From Candidatus Doudnabacteria bacterium (GTDB lineage Bacteria > Patescibacteriota > Doudnabacteria > UBA920 > O2-02-FULL-48-8), in the NCBI GenBank assembly GCA_037200925.1, contig JBBCGO010000001.1, positions 317,248-381,247 of the forward strand: DNA of 64,000 nucleotides, given 5' to 3'. Within the stretch, counting starts at the first letter, position 1; each line of letters opens with the position of its first letter. The notes under the pieces are model-generated. The model saw only the letters and a list, made by a program, of their open reading frames with translations. It searched no databases and was not told the origin of the DNA. The translations under genes and the position numbers were made by a program. Of this stretch, positions 57,084 to 64,000 are shown one piece after another.

Positions 57084-59357
57084 CTATTCCACTACAAAAT
57101 TAATCAATTTGTCCTGGACAAAAATCTCTTTCACAATTTCCTTGCCTTCCAAATGTCTTTTGACATTTGCATCTGCCAAAGCCTTTTCTTTCACTTCAGA
57201 CTGTGAAGCACCGGAAGAAAATGCCAAAGACGCGCGGACCCGGCCCAAAACCTGAACTACCACCGTAACTGTTTCTTCCTTGGTTAATTTTTCATTATAT
57301 TTCGGCCAGGATTGGGTATGAATTGATTCCTTATGCTTCAACTGATGCCATAGATCTTCTGTCATGTGCGGGGCAAAGGGCGCTAGCAGGATCAAAAAAG
57401 TTTCCCAATTCTCTTTTGACAGTTGCTTGTTCTCGTTCAAAAATTCCATAAATGAGGCGACAGCGGTATTGAATTTGAAATTCTCAATGTCAGAAGTGAT
57501 TTTTTTGGTCAATTTATTGATTTGCTTGTTGTCCGTGCCTGCCTCAAAAACCTGCTGATACCGCCAAACTTTGTCCAAAAATCTTTTTACGCCGACAATT
57601 CCATTGGTTTGCCAAGGCTTGGCGTCTTCCAAGGGCCCCAAGAACATTTCATACATCCGGAAGGCATCAGCGCCGAATTGTTCGATGACTTCGTCCGGAT
57701 TGATGACATTGCCTCGCGATTTGCTCATTTTCTCGCCATCAGGTCCCAGGATCAATCCTTGATTGCGAAGTTTGATGAATGGTTCTTCAAAATTAACATA
57801 ACCCAGATCAAATAAAGCTTTGGTAAAAAATCTTGCATACATCAAATGCAACACTGCGTGTTCCGCGCCGCCCACATACGTGTCCACAGGCAGCCATTCT
57901 TTCATTTTTTTCTTGTCGGCAAAAGATTTGTCATTATGAGGATCGGCAAACCGGAAAAAATACCAGGATGAATCCACAAACGTATCCATAGTGTCGTGAT
58001 CGCGCCGGGCCGGGCCTTCGCACTTTGGACATTTCACGTCATTGAATTTTTTTGATCTGGCCAAAGGGGATTCGCCTGTGGGTATGAAATCAACATCATC
58101 CGGCAATTTCACGGGAAGATCTTCATCCGGCACAGGACTCATGCCGCATTTGTCGCAATAAATGATCGGGATGGGCGCGCCCCAATATCGCTGCCTGGAG
58201 ATCAGCCAATCGCGTAGTTTATATTGAATTTTTTTAGTTCCGAATTTTTTAATTGCTTCCGGAATTGGCATGAGTGGTTTGTCGGCAATAGGGATATCAT
58301 ACTTTTCCGCAAATTGTCGGTCCCGCTCGTCGTGCGCAGGAACTGCCATGATCGCGCCGGTGCCATAAGTCGCGAGTACATAATCTGCGATCCAGACCGG
58401 AATTTTTTCTTTAGTGGCAGGATTAATCGCAAAGGCCCCGGTGAATTCACCTGTTTTTACTTTCTCCAATGCTGTCCGTTCCAGTTCTGATTTAGCTTTG
58501 GTTTTTTCTATATATTCGTTAACTGCTTTTTTGCGGTCTGCAGTCGTGATTTGAGGTAACAAAGAGTGTTCCGGCGACAAAACCATATATGTTGCGCCGA
58601 ACAATGTATCTGGCCTGGTGGTGAAGACTTTGATTTTTTCTTTTCCATTTTCCAATTCAAACTCGATCTCTGCTCCTTCGCTTCGGCCGATCCAGTTTTT
58701 CTGCATGAGTTTGATCGGCTCCGGCCAGTTCAGTTTAGTAAGTTCATTCAACAGCCTGTCTGCGTAATCCGTGATCTTGAAAAACCATTGGGATAACAGT
58801 TTTTGCACAACGACAGTGCCGCATCGCTCGCAGCAGCCGTCGATCACCTGCTCATTGGCCAGAACCGTCTGGTCTTTCGGACACCAGTTCACATATGCCT
58901 CTTTTTTGTATGCCAGGCCTTTTTTGTATAACTGCAAAAACAGCCATTGGGTCCATTTGTAGTACTCAGGATCAGAAGTGTTTAATTCACGTGACCAATC
59001 ATAAGAAAGCCCGATGGACTTTATCTGCTCCCGAAAACGGTTTATATTTTTGGCAATCGATTCAGCTGGAGCGATCCCTTCTTTGATCGCATAATTCTCC
59101 GCCGGCAGGCCAAAAGCGTCCCAACCCATGGGATGCAGAACATCGAAGCCCTGCATGCGCATGAAGCGGGATAAAATATCAGTCGCTGTATACCCTTCCG
59201 GATGGCCGACGTGAAGGCCAACACCAGACGGATACGGGAACATATCCAAAATATACTGCTTCTTCTTTGGATGCTCAGGCGTTTTATAGAGTTGCATCTT
59301 CTCCCAAGCTTCCTGCCACTTCTTTTCAATTGTCTTATGGTCGTAAATTTCTGGCAT
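57084..59357 (-). CDS. leuS: Leucine--tRNA ligase
   Basis: MFPYPSG.GLHVGH, GTGAIMAVPAHD, KMSKS. Confidence 0.98.
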   Translation of the reverse strand: MPEIYDHKTIEKKWQEAWEKMQLYKTPEHPKKKQYILDMFPYPSGVGLHVGHPEGYTATDILSRFMRMQGFDVLHPMGWDAFGLPAENYAIKEGIAPAESIAKNINRFREQIKSIGLSYDWSRELNTSDPEYYKWTQWLFLQLYKKGLAYKKEAYVNWCPKDQTVLANEQVIDGCCERCGTVVVQKLLSQWFFKITDYADRLLNELTKLNWPEPIKLMQKNWIGRSEGAEIEFELENGKEKIKVFTTRPDTLFGATYMVLSPEHSLLPQITTADRKKAVNEYIEKTKAKSELERTALEKVKTGEFTGAFAINPATKEKIPVWIADYVLATYGTGAIMAVPAHDERDRQFAEKYDIPIADKPLMPIPEAIKKFGTKKIQYKLRDWLISRQRYWGAPIPIIYCDKCGMSPVPDEDLPVKLPDDVDFIPTGESPLARSKKFNDVKCPKCEGPARRDHDTMDTFVDSSWYFFRFADPHNDKSFADKKKMKEWLPVDTYVGGAEHAVLHLMYARFFTKALFDLGYVNFEEPFIKLRNQGLILGPDGEKMSKSRGNVINPDEVIEQFGADAFRMYEMFLGPLEDAKPWQTNGIVGVKRFLDKVWRYQQVFEAGTDNKQINKLTKKITSDIENFKFNTAVASFMEFLNENKQLSKENWETFLILLAPFAPHMTEDLWHQLKHKESIHTQSWPKYNEKLTKEETVTVVVQVLGRVRASLAFSSGASQSEVKEKALADANVKRHLEGKEIVKEIFVQDKLINFVVE

Positions 59358-59443
59358 ATACTCAACTTATTCTAGCATTTCGGGCATTTTTTGATAAATG
59401 ATTTCAAATAGTTTAAAATAGTGTTAACTTCACGGAGGGTCTC

Positions 59444-59908
59444 ATGCCTCTGAACCAGGAAGAACTCGACCGGAAGATCCACCAGCTTACGTTTTGCTAC
59501 CGGATCGTCGCCAAAAAGCTTCTGGGCAATTCGGAGTTGGGCAAACTCTGGGCACAAGAACAGAACAGACGACAGGACCAAGTCTTTGGGCTAGAAATAC
59601 TCTGGTCCAAAACGCAACAAAAGTTTCGCGAAGAAAGGCAGAGAATGGACCAGGGTTTTGCGGAGTTTGTCATGCTGCTTGAGTCGTCGATCGAAGAATC
59701 ATCAGCCGCAAGCACTCTTCGCAACATCAAGGAAGAGATCCAAGGGGCCTACCCGGAATTCTGTATCGGCATTCTGATATCGTCACAGCCGAAACAGACA
59801 GCTCTGGTGTGCCTCCCAAAATCATCTCGCTTCGAAATTAATGCCAATGACCGCAGGTTCCTGCGATCTTTGCGAATTGTGGCAGACCAATCAGATCAAC
59901 AGGATTAA
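59444..59908 (+). CDS. Hypothetical protein, counter-oriented orphan
   Basis: GGAGG SD then ATG; converges on tatD. Confidence 0.65.
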   Translation: MPLNQEELDRKIHQLTFCYRIVAKKLLGNSELGKLWAQEQNRRQDQVFGLEILWSKTQQKFREERQRMDQGFAEFVMLLESSIEESSAASTLRNIKEEIQGAYPEFCIGILISSQPKQTALVCLPKSSRFEINANDRRFLRSLRIVADQSDQQD

Positions 59909-60738
59909 CCTGCTGATCTTTTTTTTATGCCAAACAGTTCACAAGCATTCTCAAAAGTTTTTTGCCCGACCTCTTCCACATTCAATTTTCTGATCTCAGC
60001 CATCCTTGCCGCCACATGCCGGACATAGGACGGTTCGTTTCTTTTTCCGCGATAAGGCGGGGGGGTTAAGTAAGGCGCATCGGTTTCCGTCAGCAATCGG
60101 TCAAACGGGGATTTTTCCACGACTTCCGCCAGCTTACCGGTTTTGTCAAAAGTTAAAATACCGTTGAGTGCAATATAAAATCCCAAGTCAAGAAATTTTT
60201 TCGCAGTTTCCCAGTTGTCCGTAAATGAATGCGCCACGCCCGGAAGCCCTTCGTATTCGCTTTTCAAAATTTCTATCAAGTCAGAATAGGCATCGCGGCA
60301 ATGGATTATGACGGGCAGGCCGTGTTTTTTTGCAAATTCCAATTGTTTGATGAATTCTTGTTTTTGCCGCCGCTTGATGGGTTCCGGATCTTGCCCTAGG
60401 GGCAATCGGAAATAATCCAGTCCGCACTCCCCGATCGCCACAACTTTATCCGAAAGCATTGGCTCATAATCCGTTTCCTCAAAATTTTCCGCACGGGATT
60501 GGAAATGGCTTTCTTCCTCATCGAGCATTTGCTGATAAGTATGCACCGGATGAAGCCCGATGGCCGCATAAACTCCTTCCGGATGATCTTTCGCCAGATC
60601 CACCGCGGATTGGGATGTGTCGGTTTGTGTCCCGACATTGATCATCCAGGTTTCCGCATCCAAAGCACGCTTCACAATTTGGTCACGGTCTTCTTTGAAT
60701 GCCGAAAAATTAACGTGAGTGTGAGTGTCGAAATACAT
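59905..60738 (-). CDS. tatD: TatD-family hydrolase
   Basis: DTHTH, GLHP, GECGLDY, HCRDA, ETDAPY; start at MYFD. Confidence 0.95.
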   Translation of the reverse strand: MYFDTHTHVNFSAFKEDRDQIVKRALDAETWMINVGTQTDTSQSAVDLAKDHPEGVYAAIGLHPVHTYQQMLDEEESHFQSRAENFEETDYEPMLSDKVVAIGECGLDYFRLPLGQDPEPIKRRQKQEFIKQLEFAKKHGLPVIIHCRDAYSDLIEILKSEYEGLPGVAHSFTDNWETAKKFLDLGFYIALNGILTFDKTGKLAEVVEKSPFDRLLTETDAPYLTPPPYRGKRNEPSYVRHVAARMAEIRKLNVEEVGQKTFENACELFGIKKRSAG

Positions 60739-60743
60739 AGATA

Positions 60744-60805
60744 AGATTGCTTCGTCGACTTCGCCTCCTCGCAAATTCGAATCTGCGAGCGAAGCGAAGC
60801 AGTCT
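60744..60805. repeat. REP-like palindromic element between metG and tatD
   Basis: agattgcttcgtcg...cctcgca / tgcgagcgaagcgaagcagtct inverted arms. Confidence 0.75.
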
Positions 60806-60813
60806 ATTCCAAG

Positions 60814-62250
60814 TTAATCAATCTTCTGGAAAAGCGGCTCAGGTTTTTTTATTTCTCCTGACTCCAGCACCGATTTGATCTTCTGGGCTGTTTCGGGCAT
60901 GATGGGCGATAATTTTGCCGCGATCTCAAGCAATAGCGCGGCCAAACTTAACAGCAGGGTTTTTACTTTGTCAGGATCGGTCTTGACCAGTTCCCAGGGC
61001 TTGGATTTGTCTATCAGCTGGTTGGCCCAGGCGATCTCTTTCCAGATCAATACCAATCCTTCGGAAAAATCAAAATTATAGAACGATTCCCAGGCGCCTG
61101 ACAGGTCTTTTGGCGAGTCCGCGAAATCCTCGATCTGGCCGTCAAGATATTTTTCTATCATATCGGTCACGCGGGAAAACAAATTGCCCAGGCCATTCGC
61201 CAGATCGCCGTTAAAGCGCGCTTTCAATTTTTCCTCGCTGACGTCCCCGTCCTGTCCGAACGGCACCTCACGCAACAGAAAATAGCGCACGGCGTCCGGT
61301 CCGTACTTCGCCACCCAGTCATTCGGATCGATAACGTTACCCACGGTTTTGCTCATTTTCTGCCCGTCAACGGTAAAAAACCCGTGCGCAAATACTTTCT
61401 TGGGAATTTCCTCGCCGATAGCAAGCAAAAGCGCCGGCCAGATAACGCAATGAAATTTTATGATATCTTTGGCCATGAGATGTGCATCCGCCGGCCAAAA
61501 TTTCCTGAAATTCTCCTCATCTTCGCCATAACCAATAGCGGAACAGTAATTGAACAAGGCTTCCACCCAGACATATACGGTCTGGTTTTCGTCCCAGGGC
61601 AAAGGGATCCCCCACTTAACGTTAGGTCTTGAGATCGCGATATCCTCCAGGCCCTGCCTGACGAAAGACAGAACCTCGTTGCGCCTGGCTTCCGGCCTGA
61701 TCACGAAATCATTATCGGAAATTTTTTCTTCCAGGATCTTTTGGTATTCGGATAATTTAAAAAACCAATTTTTTTCCTTCAAATGCAGAGGCTTGGTCTT
61801 ATGCTCCGGACACAGGCCGTTGACCAGTTCCGACTCTTTGATAAAAGCCTCATGACCCACGCAATACAAACCTTCGTATTCTCCTTCATAAAGCTTGCCG
61901 GAATCTTTCAGTTTATTTAAAAACTTACCCACTGCTACTATATGTTCCTTATCAGTGGTACGTATAAATTTATCCGGCGCGATGCCTAAGCTATCCCAGG
62001 CAAACGAAAACTTGGCGGAGATCTCGTCTACGAATTCTTTCGGCGACTTGCCGCTCTTTTCTGCAGCTTGCGCGATCTTGGCTCCGTGCTCATCAGTGCC
62101 CGTGAGAAAAAACACGTCCTCGCCCAAAAGCCTGTGAAGACGGGCCACGACGTCGGCCGCGATAGTGGTATAGGCGTGGCCAATGTGCGGTTTATCATTC
62201 ACATAATATATCGGCGTGGTGATATAGAATTTTTTCTGCTCTTCTACCAT
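60814..62250 (-). CDS. metG: Methionine--tRNA ligase (short form)
   Basis: ITTPIYY, HIGH, GTDEHG, KMSKT. Confidence 0.97.
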   Translation of the reverse strand: MVEEQKKFYITTPIYYVNDKPHIGHAYTTIAADVVARLHRLLGEDVFFLTGTDEHGAKIAQAAEKSGKSPKEFVDEISAKFSFAWDSLGIAPDKFIRTTDKEHIVAVGKFLNKLKDSGKLYEGEYEGLYCVGHEAFIKESELVNGLCPEHKTKPLHLKEKNWFFKLSEYQKILEEKISDNDFVIRPEARRNEVLSFVRQGLEDIAISRPNVKWGIPLPWDENQTVYVWVEALFNYCSAIGYGEDEENFRKFWPADAHLMAKDIIKFHCVIWPALLLAIGEEIPKKVFAHGFFTVDGQKMSKTVGNVIDPNDWVAKYGPDAVRYFLLREVPFGQDGDVSEEKLKARFNGDLANGLGNLFSRVTDMIEKYLDGQIEDFADSPKDLSGAWESFYNFDFSEGLVLIWKEIAWANQLIDKSKPWELVKTDPDKVKTLLLSLAALLLEIAAKLSPIMPETAQKIKSVLESGEIKKPEPLFQKID

Positions 62251-62313
62251 ATTTGTAAATTAAAAAAGCCTGACTTAAGGCCTGATAATTATAGCATAAA
62301 TCCCGCTAAAAAA

Positions 62314-63339
62314 TCAGGCCGGAGGTTCTCCGATCTGCCCGTCCATGATGTCGTTGATAAATACCGAAATTCCGCTGGCCACCGGGATGGCGATCAATGC
62401 TCCGACTACTCCTCCCAGCGTTGCTCCGACCAAAACGGCCAAAATGACCATGATCGGGTTTATGCCCACGCTTTTGCTCATAAGGATGGGCACGATCACG
62501 TGGGCTTCCAGTTGCAGAATGATGAACCAAAGGATCAATACGGCCAAAGCCAGGGCCGGACTCTGCAAAAATGCGAAGAATACGCCGATGGCCAGTCCGA
62601 TGAACGGCCCGATGATCGGGACGATCTCGAGCAAACCCGCAACCAAGGCCAGAACGAGGGCGAATTGCACATTCAGAACCGTCAGGCCGATAAAGACCAG
62701 ACCGAAGATGACAGCAGATAAAATTATCTGTCCCAAAAGCCAGGAGCCCATTTTGCGCTGGATCTTCGTGACCAGCTTCATGACATAAGCCTGATGTTTG
62801 TAAGGCGACAGATGTTTAATGAAATTCTTCATGCCGTTTTCCTCTACCGTCAGGTAGAATGAGATCACGAGCACCAAGATCAGGGAAGCGATCCCTGTTA
62901 AGACCCCTCTGGTGGTGGCAAACAGCGTACCGCCGAAATTGTTGGCCAGATCATTAAAGCTGTTGTTAATGGCCTGGCCGAGCGCCGAATGGCTCAAATT
63001 TTCGCTATAGACGCCGATTTTGGAAATAAACGCCTGGTAAACGTCCGCGCTTTTGATGGCTTCGAATTGTGATGTTACCGGCGGCACGATCAAAAAACCT
63101 ATCAGTACCACGAGCCCCAGAAAGACTATATATACAAATGTCACGCTCAAGATTCTGGGAATTCTGTACTGGAGAAAAAAATCCGCCACCGGATCGATGG
63201 CCGATGAGATGATGATAGCGATCAAAAATATCAACAGCACGTCCCGCACCACCCATAAAAAGCAAAATAAAAGGACGATGAAAACGATCTTCAATAAAGT
63301 TACTGTGGAAATATTGATTGTGTCGTGGCGTTCGCTCAT
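62314..63339 (-). CDS. AI-2E family transporter
   Basis: Multi-TM; IPIIGP-like and GVVGALIAIP motifs. Confidence 0.88.
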   Translation of the reverse strand: MSERHDTINISTVTLLKIVFIVLLFCFLWVVRDVLLIFLIAIIISSAIDPVADFFLQYRIPRILSVTFVYIVFLGLVVLIGFLIVPPVTSQFEAIKSADVYQAFISKIGVYSENLSHSALGQAINNSFNDLANNFGGTLFATTRGVLTGIASLILVLVISFYLTVEENGMKNFIKHLSPYKHQAYVMKLVTKIQRKMGSWLLGQIILSAVIFGLVFIGLTVLNVQFALVLALVAGLLEIVPIIGPFIGLAIGVFFAFLQSPALALAVLILWFIILQLEAHVIVPILMSKSVGINPIMVILAVLVGATLGGVVGALIAIPVASGISVFINDIMDGQIGEPPA

Positions 63340-63411
63340 GCAATTATTATATGTTTATTGCTTAAGTTTGTCGATAGTGATATATAATAAACCTAACTTG
63401 AGGAGGAGCCT

Positions 63412-63666
63412 ATGCAATCCGATTCGGTCTGTCTGACGTCCGAGGAACTGGAGCATTGGCCGCGGCTGCCGAAAGAACGTTCTATCCATCACAGGACTTG
63501 TGCGCAATGTGCCGAGAAAGTGCGGAAGCTGGTCCGACCCCGGTTCATTGAAGCCGCCGAGTCGTTCGGAGTGCGCCGGGGTTTGTCTGCCCAAGAAGTG
63601 CTGGACGGTGATCGGGCAGCTCTTACCCGCGGGGAGATTGATGAGGAACTTGACGACATGGCCTGA
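63412..63666 (+). CDS. Small Cys/His-containing orphan protein
   Basis: GAGGAGG SD; C...HxxxCxxC pattern. Confidence 0.6.
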   Translation: MQSDSVCLTSEELEHWPRLPKERSIHHRTCAQCAEKVRKLVRPRFIEAAESFGVRRGLSAQEVLDGDRAALTRGEIDEELDDMA

Positions 63667-63685
63667 TCGTTGGAAGATCAGGCTT

Positions 63686-64000
63686 TTATTTTCTGAATTT
63701 TTCCAAAATTGCAATATTCTTCGGATCGTCCTTCGGATCATCTTTCGGCGTTTCCAGGATCCAATCCCGTTTTCCCAAAACTTTATGATCAACCAGGGCT
63801 TTAAATCCCGCAAGCCCGATATGTCCCTGTCCTATATTTTCGTGCCGGTCCAGATGCATGCCCAATTCCGCTTTGGAATCATTAGCATGGACCATGATCA
63901 ATTTTTCAAACCCGATGACTTTTTCGAATTGTTTCAGGCTTTCCTCTACGACTTTTTTGTCCCTTAGATCATAACCCGAAGCAAAAGCATGGCAAGTATC
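63686..64000 (-). CDS. nfo: Endonuclease IV, C-terminal part (runs off window end)
   Basis: DTCHAFASGYDL...HANDSK...DRHENIGQG...ILETP. Confidence 0.92.
   Translation of the reverse strand, partial: DTCHAFASGYDLRDKKVVEESLKQFEKVIGFEKLIMVHANDSKAELGMHLDRHENIGQGHIGLAGFKALVDHKVLGKRDWILETPKDDPKDDPKNIAILEKFRK

Overview
Chromosomal window of a small-genome bacterium, almost certainly Patescibacteria/CPR (inferred: rpmD/L30 missing between rpsE and rplO, zinc-type S14, split transketolase, many pilin-like and exported proteins). Nearly all housekeeping genes are on the minus strand. From right to left: nfo (partial), AI-2E transporter, metG, tatD, leuS, tsaC, MFS, glyA, uppP, PAP2, tRNA-Leu, ABC pair, parB, a small islet, tRNA-Pro, a flavin-salvage cluster with an FMN riboswitch, mscL, rpmB, site-2 protease, the str/S10/spc ribosomal cluster through secY-adk-map, htrA, and a glycolysis/pentose-phosphate cluster ending in eno (partial). 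Best novel candidate: two tandem units at 49.5-50.1 kb, each with a promoter, a short leader ORF, mutually exclusive antiterminator/terminator hairpins and a small orphan gene. One leader carries an aromatic run (FWFYF), the other is Ile/Leu/Val-rich, yet no biosynthetic gene follows. Also notable: a paralogous family of exported proteins with conserved ends and variable cores inserted inside core operons, a lipoprotein that begins with a copy of the first 7 codons of rpsS, three diverged cold-shock-like paralogs, several structured leaders, and at least six +1 homopolymer frameshifts that are probably sequencing errors. All calls come from reading the sequence by eye; no searches or folding programs were run.
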